From contig OY760142.1 of NCBI GenBank assembly GCA_963663225.1, positions 1,408,001 through 1,472,000 on the forward strand: 64,000 nucleotides of DNA, read 5' to 3'. This document shows positions 9,371 through 19,940 of this stretch, piece by piece. A program made the position numbers and the translations under genes. The stretch is from Nitrospirota bacterium (GTDB taxonomy: Bacteria; Nitrospirota; UBA9217). Position 1 is the first letter of the stretch; every line of letters begins with the position of its first letter. A model generated the notes under the pieces. The model did not search any database. It saw only the letters and a list, made by a program, of their open reading frames with translations, and was not told where the DNA came from.

Positions 9371-9817
9371 ATGAAATACTTTTGTTATGTACTTATGGTA
9401 GCGATGTGTTTTTTAGGAGCCTGTGCTGCGAGTGTACATCAAGATCAGGCTGCAATGCCTGATGCAGGACATTTTGACGGGACTTGGGATGTTACGTATG
9501 TCTGCGATGGAGAACGGGGAGGCGACAAATACACAATGCGTTTCAAAGCTTATGTAAAGAATAGCGTTTTCCACGGAAAGTATGAGAGTAAAAGCAATAC
9601 CGGGGCTTTCCTTATACTCGACGGAAAAATTAAGGCTGATGGCAGCGCGCTCCTCAGAGCGGACGGAGACATCGGTCGCGACAGAAAATATGCTGCTGGA
9701 AGCTATCAACGCAACACTGCCTATAATTACAATATAGATGCAACCTTTACAGCCTCCCAAGGCACTGGCAAGCGGCTCTCGGGTCGTAATTGCGATTTAA
9801 CCGCGGTCAAGCAGTAG
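9371..9817 (+). CDS. Hypothetical beta-rich lipoprotein
   Basis: AGGAGG SD, lipobox LGAC, two further Cys near the ends of the domain. Confidence 0.7.
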   Translation: MKYFCYVLMVAMCFLGACAASVHQDQAAMPDAGHFDGTWDVTYVCDGERGGDKYTMRFKAYVKNSVFHGKYESKSNTGAFLILDGKIKADGSALLRADGDIGRDRKYAAGSYQRNTAYNYNIDATFTASQGTGKRLSGRNCDLTAVKQ

Positions 9818-10024
9818 AACTGACATTCCCGGCGTCCAGCGGCGAAAAGATACAAACAGTCTCAAGTAAAGAGAACAGTGGTTCACAAAGTCAGCCTCGG
9901 CGGCAGGGAGTAATGTCTTAGTAAATCAACATAAGGGGTGCAGCAAAAAATCGCACCCCTTATGTTCAATGTTCGTACCAAGAATAGAATTATTTCTGGC
10001 TTTGAAATGTTTGACGGCAAATTT

Positions 10025-10801
10025 ATGAACATCAAGAAAAAAGGATCATATGGTTCTGTCGCTTTATGTCTCCTGGCTGTGTTTATTCTCACCGGATGCG
10101 CCGGGCTAGGCAGAACAGTTCCTGTTCCGAGTCTGCTGTCTCAAAAAACTGACACTTACATATATTATGGCGGTCCGTTCTTTGTTCCGGATGGAACGCA
10201 GTCAGTCACAGAAGTAGCACGATATTCCGCCACCGGACAGATTGCCGCTATTACGGCACTGAAAGGAAACGCGAGAATTCTTCTTATCGGGTTCCATCCG
10301 GAAGTGACTTCAAATTCAGGGCTGACCTCAAGTGATGCAAATCGGACCTGGCTTAATACACAAATGACCTGGGCGCTGACGAGTACTGACCCTGTTGCGC
10401 CGATAGCCATTTATAACGAATCTGGAGAAGTCTGGTACCCGAGCGTTTCAGGAGTGCAGGCACAGTGCGCATCTGCCGGACTTGTCTGCAAACTCGTTAC
10501 GGCGTCTGACTTGAACGCGAGTACAACTTCTCTTTCTTCTTACCGCGCTATCATTGTGCCCGGCGGCTACAGAGTCGGGATCTCCGTTGCAGGCCGGAAC
10601 GGTCAAACTGCCGTAAATAATCTGATAAAGAGCGGTGGGTCCTATATCGGAATCTGCTCCGGCGCCTATGCAGCAGCCTCTTCTGTTCGGTGGGAGGGCT
10701 CGTGGAGTTCCGGGCTCGGTTTTTTTCATGGCAAAGCTGTAGGCTCTATTTACGACATTGCTGCATGGCCGGCTGAAGTTCTTACGCCGATTTTACATTG
10801 A
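10025..10801 (+). CDS. Lipoprotein with a BPL_N / class I GATase-like domain, apparently circularly permuted
   Basis: Lipobox LTGC; YYGGP...ARY...GFHPE comes before IAIYN...VPGG...YIGICSGAY. Confidence 0.75.
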   Translation: MNIKKKGSYGSVALCLLAVFILTGCAGLGRTVPVPSLLSQKTDTYIYYGGPFFVPDGTQSVTEVARYSATGQIAAITALKGNARILLIGFHPEVTSNSGLTSSDANRTWLNTQMTWALTSTDPVAPIAIYNESGEVWYPSVSGVQAQCASAGLVCKLVTASDLNASTTSLSSYRAIIVPGGYRVGISVAGRNGQTAVNNLIKSGGSYIGICSGAYAAASSVRWEGSWSSGLGFFHGKAVGSIYDIAAWPAEVLTPILH

Positions 10802-11088
10802 TGCATAGCGCGATTTAAAAAAACCTTTTCACCACCCAGCTCTTGGCCGGTATTGATGTTTATCGTATGTTTGTCCGGCACCGGTTTCCCCGGAAACTCT
10901 GATAAATTCACGCAGATATTACCTCAAAAATAAAAATCCGAAGAGAATCTGAAAAACTTGATATTGCTTTATCCGTTGTCATGATTTATAATTTGCAGCC
11001 GGTGCTTCCGGTCCATTGAAGCAGTTATGAAATGCAGCGATACTTTTCCTAAGAATTGTTCAGAACTGAAAACCCAGGAGGTTTTACT

Positions 11089-12984
11089 TTGGCAGCAACG
11101 TATACCGCAAAAGATATCACCGTTCTTGAAGGTCTGGAACCCGTCCGCAAGCGGCCGGCGATGTACATCGGCTCCACGGACGTGCGGGGGCTTCACCATC
11201 TTGTCTGGGAGACGCTCGACAATGCAGTCGACGAGGCGTTGAACGGTTATTGCACGGCGATCACGCTCAGAATTGAAAAGGACGGCGGTGTAACGGTAAC
11301 AGACAACGGACGCGGCATCCCGGTGGACATCCATCCGAAAACCAAGCGCCCCGCCATTGAAACAATCCTGTGCACGCTGCACGCGGGCGGCAAATTCGAC
11401 CACACCGCATACAAGTCCTCCGGCGGTTTGCACGGCGTCGGCGCCTCGGTGGTGAACGCATTGTCCGAAATTTTTGTCGCCACGGTCTGGCGCGACGGCT
11501 ACGAGTGGGTGCAGGAGTTTTCCCGCGGCAAGCCGAAAGGCAGCCTCAAAAAAGGCAAGCCGAGCAGAACGCACGGAACGCAGATATACTTCCGGCCGGA
11601 CCCAGAAATCTTCACGAAAACGAGCTTCAATTATAAAACGATCATTGACGTTTCCGAGAGCAAAGCATTTCTGAACAAGGGCCTTAAAATCACCATCGAA
11701 AACCCGAGGGACAAGGAAAACCCCGTTACCTTCAAGTATGACAACGGCATCCAGGATTACATCAAACGAATCGTCGGGAACGCGCAGCTTGTGAACGCAG
11801 AGCCGTTTTACCTGGAAAAGGAAGACGACTTCAGGATTGAGTGCGCGATCCACTGGACCACCTCCACGGACACGGAGATTCATTCCTACGCAAACTCCAT
11901 CAATACCTCGGACGGCGGAACGCATGAGCTGGCCGTGAGGCAGGGAATCACCAAGGCCGTCCGCGCCTATGCGGAGCGCAAAAACCTGCTGCCGAAAAAT
12001 ATCAAAACCCTCACCGCGGAAGACGTGTATGAAGGGCTGTACGGCATCGTGAGCGTTCTGGTCAAGAATCCCCAGTTCCAGGGCCAGACCAAGGAAAAGC
12101 TGAACAATCCGGACATTTCCTCGCCCATTGACAGCGCGGTCAAAAACGCCTGCGAAGCATATCTGCTTGCGAACCCCTCCATGGCCGACGCAGTGGTAAA
12201 GCGCGTGCTACTGGCGGCAGAGGCCCGGCTTGCGTCCCGCGCGGCAAAAGACAACGTTGCGCGGAAGCTTTCGTCTCTGAAACTCAATCTTCCGGGCAAG
12301 CTTTCGGACTGTTCATCGAATAAAGTCGAAGAAACAGAGCTTTTTATTGTTGAGGGGGACTCGGCGGGCGGTTCTGCGAAGATGGCGCGCGACCGGAAGA
12401 CCCAGGCGGTGCTGTCGCTCCGCGGCAAGATCCTGAACGTGGAACAGGTGGCTTCTCTCGAGAAGATCCAGACGAACAATGAGATCAAGAACCTGCTGGT
12501 CACCTTCGGGTGCGGCGTGGGACAGCACTTCGATCTGTCCAAACTCCGGTACCACCGCATAATCCTGATGACCGACGCGGACGTGGACGGCGCGCATATC
12601 AGCGTGCTGCTCCTTACCTTTATCTACCGGTACATGCCGGAGCTGATAAACCACGGGCATGTATACCTTGCCATGCCGCCGCTTTTCAAGATTGAAGCGG
12701 GAAAAGAAGTTTTCTATGCCATGGACGAAATGGAGAAGGAAAAAATCCTCGCAAAACTGCATAATAAAAAGTATGAAGTGGGGCGTTTTAAGGGCCTGGG
12801 AGAAATGAACCCCGAAACGCTCAAAGAAACAACCATGAACCCGAAAACCAGAACCCTTATGAAAGTTCAGGTGCTGGATCATAAGGCGACCGGCGATGTT
12901 TTCGAGCGTCTCATGGGCAAAGATCCCAAAGCCCGGTTTTTGTTTATCAAGGAACGGGCGGAATTTGCCGAGCTTGATATTTGA
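11089..12984 (+). CDS. parE: Type IIA topoisomerase subunit B (ParE-like, short form)
   Basis: EPVRKRPAMYIG, DNGRGIP, LHAGGKF, EGDSAGGS, MTDADVDG, RFKGLGEM; TTG start after AGGAGG; parE versus gyrB is not certain. Confidence 0.8.
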   Translation: MAATYTAKDITVLEGLEPVRKRPAMYIGSTDVRGLHHLVWETLDNAVDEALNGYCTAITLRIEKDGGVTVTDNGRGIPVDIHPKTKRPAIETILCTLHAGGKFDHTAYKSSGGLHGVGASVVNALSEIFVATVWRDGYEWVQEFSRGKPKGSLKKGKPSRTHGTQIYFRPDPEIFTKTSFNYKTIIDVSESKAFLNKGLKITIENPRDKENPVTFKYDNGIQDYIKRIVGNAQLVNAEPFYLEKEDDFRIECAIHWTTSTDTEIHSYANSINTSDGGTHELAVRQGITKAVRAYAERKNLLPKNIKTLTAEDVYEGLYGIVSVLVKNPQFQGQTKEKLNNPDISSPIDSAVKNACEAYLLANPSMADAVVKRVLLAAEARLASRAAKDNVARKLSSLKLNLPGKLSDCSSNKVEETELFIVEGDSAGGSAKMARDRKTQAVLSLRGKILNVEQVASLEKIQTNNEIKNLLVTFGCGVGQHFDLSKLRYHRIILMTDADVDGAHISVLLLTFIYRYMPELINHGHVYLAMPPLFKIEAGKEVFYAMDEMEKEKILAKLHNKKYEVGRFKGLGEMNPETLKETTMNPKTRTLMKVQVLDHKATGDVFERLMGKDPKARFLFIKERAEFAELDI

Positions 12985-13019
12985 TTCACGGTTTCGAATC
13001 CGAACTTCCCCAAAATGAC

Positions 13020-13046
13020 GGCAGCCCCTAAAAGGCTGCCCTTTTT
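13020..13046 (+). terminator. Intrinsic terminator
   Basis: ggcagcc/ggctgcc stem followed by a T-run. Confidence 0.75.
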
Positions 13047-13093
13047 GTTCCTCTGGGGTATTTTTCTGCAGGCGGCGTGTACTTTCTTTGTGA

Positions 13094-13123
13094 TTGACAC
13101 TTCTCAAATCTATCTGGTATAGT
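13094..13123 (+). promoter_or_regulatory. trp operon promoter
   Basis: TTGACA-18-TATAGT with an extended TG, 30 nt before trpE. Confidence 0.65.
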
Positions 13124-13153
13124 ACATAAACTGCTTATTTTGCAAGGAGTTTT

Positions 13154-14638
13154 ATGTTCAAACCTTCATTTGAAGAGTTTAAGCAAAAGGCCAAGTCGGG
13201 CAATCTTATCCCGGTATACCGAGAAATTCTCGCGGATATGGACACCCCGGTTTCGGCGTTTCGAAAGATCGATGACCAGAAACACTCTTTTTTGCTTGAG
13301 AGCATGGAAGGTGGGGAAAAGTGGGCGCGGTACTCGTTTCTTGGAAGCCGTCCTTCGATCGTTGTGAAGAGTTTTGGCCGGACCGTGGAAATTACTACCG
13401 ACGGAAAAACCAAAAAAAACACATTTGAGCAGGATCCTCTTGAAGTGGTCAAGCGTGTTCTGTCAGCGTATAAACCGGTGCCTGATCCGGCATTGCCCCG
13501 GTTTTTCGGCGGTGCTGTGGGTTTCATGGGATATGATGTCGTCCGTTTTTTTGAAGACCTGCCTGCCAGGGACAAGGAAGGGCTCGATATCCCTGACATG
13601 GTATTCATGATTACGGACACGCTCGTGATTTTTGACAATATCACCCATATGATAAAAGTGGTTTCGAACGCCCACATAAAGGGAAAATCTGCCGAGGCCG
13701 CCTACCGTGAAGCGACAAAGAAGATAAACTCTCTTGTAAAGAAGCTGAAAAAAGGCGAAGAAAAACAAGGGGCAACAAGGCAGAAAACAAAAATAAAAGA
13801 GCACATGCTTACTTCAAATTTTACTCTTCAACAGTACGTGGAGGCTGTGCTCAAAGCCAAGGAATACATTAAGGCCGGTGACATCTTTCAGGTGGTTCCG
13901 TCCCAGCGCTTTCAGACGAAAATAGATACGGAACCCTATGAGATTTACCGCGCGCTTCGGCTGATCAACCCGTCTCCGTATATGTATTTTCTGCGGTGCG
14001 GGGATGCCACGGTGGTGGGAGCCTCCCCGGAGGTCATGGTGAGGCTCGAGGGCGGTACAATCGACCTCCGGCCGATAGCCGGTACGCGCAGGCGCGGCGC
14101 CACAGAAGAAGAGGACAAGACGCTTGCGGAGGAACTTCTGGCCGACCCCAAGGAGCGCGCGGAGCACATCATGCTTGTGGACCTCGGCAGAAACGATGTC
14201 GGCAGGGTAAGCGAACCGGGGAGCGTGCGTGCGACCGAACTGATGGTGATCGAGCGGTATTCTCACGTGATGCATATTGTGTCGAACGTGCGCGGCCAGC
14301 TGTCTCACGGCAGGGACGCATATGATGTGGTGCGCGCCTGCTTTCCGGCCGGCACTGTTTCGGGTGCGCCCAAGATCAGGGCCATGCAGATCATCGATGA
14401 ACTGGAACCGACCCGGAGAGGCCCCTACGCAGGTGCCGTGGGATACTTCGGGTTTTCGGGCAACATGGATACCTGCATTACCATACGGACCCTTGTCGTA
14501 AAGAACGGTGTTGCCTACATCCAGGCGGGCGGAGGAGTAGTGGCGGACAGCGACCCCGCTGCCGAGTTCCAGGAGACGGTAAACAAAGCAAAAGCAATGA
14601 TGCGTGCCGTGGAAATGGCCGAGATGGGGCTGGAGTGA
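13154..14638 (+). CDS. trpE: Anthranilate synthase component I
   Basis: LLES, NPSPYM, PIAGT, AEHIMLVDLGRND, PAGTVSGAPK. Confidence 0.95.
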   Translation: MFKPSFEEFKQKAKSGNLIPVYREILADMDTPVSAFRKIDDQKHSFLLESMEGGEKWARYSFLGSRPSIVVKSFGRTVEITTDGKTKKNTFEQDPLEVVKRVLSAYKPVPDPALPRFFGGAVGFMGYDVVRFFEDLPARDKEGLDIPDMVFMITDTLVIFDNITHMIKVVSNAHIKGKSAEAAYREATKKINSLVKKLKKGEEKQGATRQKTKIKEHMLTSNFTLQQYVEAVLKAKEYIKAGDIFQVVPSQRFQTKIDTEPYEIYRALRLINPSPYMYFLRCGDATVVGASPEVMVRLEGGTIDLRPIAGTRRRGATEEEDKTLAEELLADPKERAEHIMLVDLGRNDVGRVSEPGSVRATELMVIERYSHVMHIVSNVRGQLSHGRDAYDVVRACFPAGTVSGAPKIRAMQIIDELEPTRRGPYAGAVGYFGFSGNMDTCITIRTLVVKNGVAYIQAGGGVVADSDPAAEFQETVNKAKAMMRAVEMAEMGLE

Positions 14639-14689
14639 CCCGATCGGAGTGTGCCGCACGAATGAAGTTGTTCATGGAAAGGTTTTGCC

Positions 14690-15253
14690 ATGCTGCTCAT
14701 GATAGACAATTATGATTCATTCACCTATAACCTTGTCCAGTATTTCGGGGAACTCGGCCAGGATTTGAAAATATACCGGAACGACAAGATCACGATTCAG
14801 GAAATAGAACAGATGAAGCCCGACCGGATTGTGGTGTCACCCGGGCCCTGCACTCCCAGGGAGGCGGGCATCTCAATTGAAGTGATCAGGCATTTTGCCG
14901 GCAGCATTCCGATTCTGGGCGTCTGTCTCGGACACCAGGCTATCGGCGAAGCATTTGGCGGGGAAGTGGTTCGTGCGCCGTATCTTATGCATGGAAAAAC
15001 CTCCCTGATCCACCATGACGGCAGGACGATCTTTGCCGGTCTTTCGAATCCGTTTGTGGCGACCCGATACCATTCGCTTATCATCAAACGCGAGACCATG
15101 CCTTCAGCGCTTGAGATTTCGGCGTGGACCGAGGATGGTGTCGTCATGGGCATACGGCACAGGCGGTTCAAGGTTGAAGGCGTGCAGTTTCACCCTGAAT
15201 CTATTTTGACCGGTGTCGGCAAGGAGTTGCTCGGGAATTTTCTGAAAATATAG
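14690..15253 (+). CDS. trpG: Anthranilate synthase component II (glutamine amidotransferase)
   Basis: [25 protein letters not shown]. Confidence 0.92.
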   Translation: MLLMIDNYDSFTYNLVQYFGELGQDLKIYRNDKITIQEIEQMKPDRIVVSPGPCTPREAGISIEVIRHFAGSIPILGVCLGHQAIGEAFGGEVVRAPYLMHGKTSLIHHDGRTIFAGLSNPFVATRYHSLIIKRETMPSALEISAWTEDGVVMGIRHRRFKVEGVQFHPESILTGVGKELLGNFLKI

Positions 15254-15268
15254 TTTTTTCCTAAAACC

Positions 15269-16282
15269 ATGATCAAAGAAGCCATCGCTAAGATTGCAGC
15301 AAAGGTCAATCTCACCGACGCGGAAGCCGAATCCGTCATGCGCGAGATCATGCAGGGCGAGGCCACGGACGCGCAGATAGCGGCATACATCACCGCGCTC
15401 CGCATGAAGGGCGAAACGGTGGAGGAAATCACCGGCTCCGCGCGGGTCATGCGCGAGAAGGCCGTGCCGATAACGCTTGATGCCGCTTACCAGGTGGACA
15501 CGTGCGGTACGGGCGGCGACATGGCTCATACCTTTAATATTTCCACGACTGCCGCGTTTGTGGTCGCCGGCGCGGGCGTGACGGTCGCAAAGCACGGCAA
15601 CCGGTCGGTCTCCAGCAAGAGCGGCAGCGCCGACGTGCTCCAGGCGCTCGGCGTGAATATCGAGATCCCTCCTCCGCGCGTTGAAGCATGCATGAAAGAG
15701 GTGGGCATCGGGTTTCTGTTTGCACCGATGATGCACCTTGCCATGAAATACGCAATCGGGCCACGGCGCGAAATCGGCATCCGCACGATTTTCAATCTGC
15801 TCGGGCCTCTCACGAACCCGGCTGAGGTGACCTCCCAGGTTATGGGCGTGTATGCTGCGGATTTGACCGGTCTGCTGGCCCGGGCACTCGGGAACCTCGG
15901 CGCAGCGCATGCCTTTGTGGTGCACGGCATGGACGGGCTGGATGAAATAACGATTACGGACAGGACCAAAATATCTGAGTTCAAGGACGGAACGGTAACG
16001 GACTATTTCGTTCACCCTGCGGACTTTGGATTTTCTCCGGGAAAACCCGAAGACCTGCGGGGAGGTGACGCCAAAGAGAATGCGGCCATCACCCTCGAAA
16101 TACTGAACGGCAAGCGCGGCGTGCGGCGGGACATTGTTTTGCTGAATGCCGCTGCAGGGATCGTTGCATCCGGCAAGGCGCCGGATCTTGCAGAAGGCAT
16201 CAGGCTTGCTGGAGCGTCCCTTGATTCCGGCGCTGCGTTCGGAAAACTGGAAGCGCTGAAGGCATTTACGAATAAAGCATAG
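15269..16282 (+). CDS. trpD: Anthranilate phosphoribosyltransferase
   Basis: [25 protein letters not shown]. Confidence 0.95.
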   Translation: MIKEAIAKIAAKVNLTDAEAESVMREIMQGEATDAQIAAYITALRMKGETVEEITGSARVMREKAVPITLDAAYQVDTCGTGGDMAHTFNISTTAAFVVAGAGVTVAKHGNRSVSSKSGSADVLQALGVNIEIPPPRVEACMKEVGIGFLFAPMMHLAMKYAIGPRREIGIRTIFNLLGPLTNPAEVTSQVMGVYAADLTGLLARALGNLGAAHAFVVHGMDGLDEITITDRTKISEFKDGTVTDYFVHPADFGFSPGKPEDLRGGDAKENAAITLEILNGKRGVRRDIVLLNAAAGIVASGKAPDLAEGIRLAGASLDSGAAFGKLEALKAFTNKA

Positions 16283-16298
16283 GGCAGAAACTCAAAGA

Positions 16299-17078
16299 AT
16301 GATTTTAGACGAAATTATTGCGTACAAAAGAGAAGAGCTTGCGGCAGTAAAGCGCCGGACGCCGCTCTCTGAAGTCAAAACACAGGCACAGGATGCCGGA
16401 CCGCTCCGGGAGTTCGGAAAAGCGCTTGTGGTCAAGAATGACGTCGGGCTTATTGCGGAAGTGAAAAAAGCTTCGCCATCCAAGGGTGTGATCCGGGAGA
16501 ATTTCGACCCGGCTGCAATAGCGAAAACATACGAACAGGCCGGGGCGGCCTGCATCTCGGTGCTTACGGAAAGCAAGTTTTTTCAGGGGAAGCTTGAGTA
16601 TCTTGGTGAAATAAGAAAAGCGGTAAGGATTCCTCTTCTGCGCAAGGATTTTATCATCGACGAATATCAGTTGTTCGAAGCACGGGCAGCGGGAGCGGAC
16701 GCCGTGTTGCTGATTGCGGCCTGTCTGGAAAAACGGCAGTTGGCGGATTATCTCGGCATCGCGAAGCTCTTGCAGCTCGACGCGCTGGTGGAATCGCATA
16801 CTTACAGGGAGCTTGATAAATCGCTGCTCGCCGGCGCAACGATTGTCGGGATCAATAACCGTGACCTTACAACCTTCACGGTTGACCTGCGTACGACGCT
16901 CGATCTTCTGCAGGACATCCCGGACGAATGCACCGTGGTGAGCGAGAGCGGAATCGCAGAACGGAGCGACGTCGTTGCGCTTCAGAATGCGGGTGTGGAT
17001 GCAATCCTTGTCGGCGAGAGCCTGATGAGGGCGCAGGACATCGGAAAGAAGGTGAAGGAGTTTTTAGGGAGAAGCTGA
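16299..17078 (+). CDS. trpC: Indole-3-glycerol phosphate synthase
   Basis: IAEVKKASPSKG, LRKDFI, GINNRDL, SESGI. Confidence 0.95.
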   Translation: MILDEIIAYKREELAAVKRRTPLSEVKTQAQDAGPLREFGKALVVKNDVGLIAEVKKASPSKGVIRENFDPAAIAKTYEQAGAACISVLTESKFFQGKLEYLGEIRKAVRIPLLRKDFIIDEYQLFEARAAGADAVLLIAACLEKRQLADYLGIAKLLQLDALVESHTYRELDKSLLAGATIVGINNRDLTTFTVDLRTTLDLLQDIPDECTVVSESGIAERSDVVALQNAGVDAILVGESLMRAQDIGKKVKEFLGRS

Positions 17079-17178
17079 TGTTCCCGCAAGGGCACACAGC
17101 TCAAAAAGCAGTTCATCCAAATATGCGTGAAGGCGAACACGCGGGATCAGGTGTCTGAACAGGAAAACGAGGTTTCAG

Positions 17179-17799
17179 ATGATCAAAATCAAAATTTGCG
17201 GTATAACCAATCTGGAAGATGCACTGGCAGCCGCAGAGTTTGGCGCGGATGCGCTGGGGTTTATTTTTTACAAGAAGAGCCCCCGCTATATTGATCCTGA
17301 GAAGGCGGTCGAAATCATCTCGCAGCTTCCGCCGATCATTGTGCCTGTCGGCATTTTCGTAAATGAGCGCGAGGAAAAAATACGCGAGATCCAGGAATTG
17401 ACCTGCATTCAGACAATCCAGCTGCACGGTGATGAGACCCCCGAGTTCTGCCAGCGGTTCGGAGTCCGCGTGATCAAGGCGTTCCAGGTAAAGGACAAGG
17501 AGAGCATCAAGCACATGGCGCACTATCACGTGGGGGCTTTTCTCCTCGACAGCTATCGAGACGGCCAGCGAGGAGGGACCGGTACAACCTTTGACTGGCA
17601 CCTTGCAGTTGTTGCTAAAACGTTCGGCAAAATAATCCTTGCAGGGGGGCTTACGCCGGAAAATGCAGCGGAAGCGGTGAAACTGGTGCAACCGTACGGC
17701 GTTGACGTGTCCGGCGGTGTGGAGCGGGAGAAGGGATTCAAGGACCATGCAAAAATCAAAAAATTTATTTCAGAAGTTCGGAGGGGATCGTGTCCATAA
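17179..17799 (+). CDS. trpF: Phosphoribosylanthranilate isomerase
   Basis: [29 protein letters not shown]. Confidence 0.95.
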   Translation: MIKIKICGITNLEDALAAAEFGADALGFIFYKKSPRYIDPEKAVEIISQLPPIIVPVGIFVNEREEKIREIQELTCIQTIQLHGDETPEFCQRFGVRVIKAFQVKDKESIKHMAHYHVGAFLLDSYRDGQRGGTGTTFDWHLAVVAKTFGKIILAGGLTPENAAEAVKLVQPYGVDVSGGVEREKGFKDHAKIKKFISEVRRGSCP

Positions 17800-18986
17800 G
17801 TCTGCCGGATAAAACAGGACACTTCGGCATATACGGGGGCAAGTTCGCCCCGGAGACGCTCATGCCGGCGCTGGCCGAACTGGAAGCCGCATACCGTGCC
17901 GCGAAGCAGGACAAGGGTTTCCAGGAAGAGCTCGCCTACTATTTTAAAGAATATATTGGAAGGCCCACGCCGCTGTTTTTTGCGAAACGGCTGACCGAGC
18001 ACCTTGGCGGCGCCAAAATCTATTTTAAGCGGGAAGATCTGTGCCATACCGGCGCGCATAAAATCAACAACTCCCTCGCACAGGTCCTGCTGGCGAAACG
18101 CATGGGCAAGACCCGTGTCATCGCGGAAACCGGCGCGGGCCAGCACGGCGTGGCCACCGCCACCGCCGCAGCCATGTTCGGCCTCGCCTGCGAAGTTTAC
18201 ATGGGCACCGACGACATGGCGCGCCAGTCCTTGAACGTTTTCCGCATGAAGCTTCTCGGCACCACGGTGCGGCCGGTTGATATCGGCAGCAGAACGCTCA
18301 AGGATGCGATTAACGAGGCCATGCGGGACTGGATCACCAATGTAGCGGACACGCATTATGTGCTCGGCACGGTATTCGGGCCGCATCCCTTTCCCCTGAT
18401 GGTGCGCGATTTCCAGTCGATAATCGGACGCGAAGCGAAGAAGCAGATGCACAAGCTGGAAGGAAAGCTTCCGGATTGCCTGGTGGCGTGCGTGGGCGGG
18501 GGGTCCAATGCCATGGGACTGTTCTACGAGTTCCTGGGAGACGCTTCCGTCAAGATGTACGGCATCGAGGCCGGCGGCCTCGGCATTGAACGGGGCAAAC
18601 ATGCCGCACGCTTTGCGGGCGGATCGCTCGGCGTGCTGCAGGGATCCAAGACGTATATTCTGCAGGACAGCGATGGACAGATTGAGCTTACTCATTCCGT
18701 ATCAGCCGGTCTGGATTATGCGGCGGTCGGACCCGAGCATGCCTTCTATCATGATTCCGGCCGCATCGAGTATGCGTATGCCGTTGATGATGAGGCCCTG
18801 GAGGCGTTTGACCTGCTTTCCCGACTTGAAGGCATCATCCCGGCGCTGGAAAGCGCCCATGCGGCGGCCTACTGCCTCAAGCTCGCGCCGACACTCGGCA
18901 GGAACAGGGTGATCATCTGCAATCTTTCCGGCCGCGGCGACAAGGATGTTATGCAGGTGGCGGCAATCAAAGGCGTTGAATTGTAA
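17790..18986 (+). CDS. trpB: Tryptophan synthase beta chain
   Basis: HTGAHKIN (PLP Lys), [26 protein letters not shown]. Confidence 0.96.
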   Translation: MSISLPDKTGHFGIYGGKFAPETLMPALAELEAAYRAAKQDKGFQEELAYYFKEYIGRPTPLFFAKRLTEHLGGAKIYFKREDLCHTGAHKINNSLAQVLLAKRMGKTRVIAETGAGQHGVATATAAAMFGLACEVYMGTDDMARQSLNVFRMKLLGTTVRPVDIGSRTLKDAINEAMRDWITNVADTHYVLGTVFGPHPFPLMVRDFQSIIGREAKKQMHKLEGKLPDCLVACVGGGSNAMGLFYEFLGDASVKMYGIEAGGLGIERGKHAARFAGGSLGVLQGSKTYILQDSDGQIELTHSVSAGLDYAAVGPEHAFYHDSGRIEYAYAVDDEALEAFDLLSRLEGIIPALESAHAAAYCLKLAPTLGRNRVIICNLSGRGDKDVMQVAAIKGVEL

Positions 18987-19023
18987 CCATGCGTTTAAAA
19001 TTCAGGATTGCGGGTTGAGGTCT

Positions 19024-19839
19024 ATGTCAAGGATAAAAAAAACGTTCAACAGACTTAAGAAGAAAGATAGTGCAGCGCTCATTACCTATATCATGGCGGG
19101 CGACCCTGATCTTGCCGCCACCAAGGCGCTCATTCTTGAGATGGAAAAAGCGGGCAGCGATATCATCGAACTTGGCGCGCCGTTTTCCGATCCGCTCGCG
19201 GACGGGCCCACGATTCAGAAGGCGGCCATCCGGTCGCTCACGAACCGCACAAGCATCGCCGACGTGCTGGGTTTGGTGGCCGAAGTCCGGAAAACGAGCT
19301 CCGTTCCGCTTATTCTCATGACGTATTATAATCTGATCTTCAAATACGGTGAAAAACGTTTTGTGAACGATGCCGTGTCCGCGGGCCTCGACGGCATTAT
19401 TTTGCCTGATTTGCCGCCGGAAGAAGCGGCTACGCTGATTTCCCTGACTAAAAAATCCGGACTGGATATGATTTTTTTGCTGGCACCTACGAGCACGGCC
19501 GAACGGATAAAGCTGGTAAGCAGGCTGTCGCAAGGATTCATCTATTATGTTTCTCTGACCGGAGTGACCGGGGCAAAATCCGAGCTCCAGAATTCCATCA
19601 AAGATTCACTGGAGAAGATCAAGGCGGTGACTGAAAAACCCGTGGCCGTCGGTTTCGGCATTTCCACCCCGGATCAGGCGGCGCAGGTCGCATGCTGGGG
19701 CGCGGACGGGGTGATTGTCGGCAGCGCACTCGTGAAGATTATTGAGGAACACGGGAGCACTGCGGACCTTGTTGCTTCGGTTGCAGCTTCGGTAAAAGCC
19801 CTGAAACAGGGCGTGGTTGCCGGCCGCGGCGAGCGCTAA
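19024..19839 (+). CDS. trpA: Tryptophan synthase alpha chain
   Basis: ELGAPFSDPLADGPTIQ, GVTG, VGFGIS, GVIVGSA. Confidence 0.95.
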   Translation: MSRIKKTFNRLKKKDSAALITYIMAGDPDLAATKALILEMEKAGSDIIELGAPFSDPLADGPTIQKAAIRSLTNRTSIADVLGLVAEVRKTSSVPLILMTYYNLIFKYGEKRFVNDAVSAGLDGIILPDLPPEEAATLISLTKKSGLDMIFLLAPTSTAERIKLVSRLSQGFIYYVSLTGVTGAKSELQNSIKDSLEKIKAVTEKPVAVGFGISTPDQAAQVACWGADGVIVGSALVKIIEEHGSTADLVASVAASVKALKQGVVAGRGER

Positions 19840-19940
19840 TGCAGCACGTGCAATCGTAGAATCATTTCATCTTCGCGGTGAAGGCTGCCGCTTTCTGTTC
19901 AAGTTAAAAAGTAGTGCGTTGATGCCAAGGAGGGCGATCC

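Noticed and set aside
13124-13153. trp attenuator leader peptide
   Set aside because: The promoter is about 30 nt from trpE; there is no room and no Trp codons.
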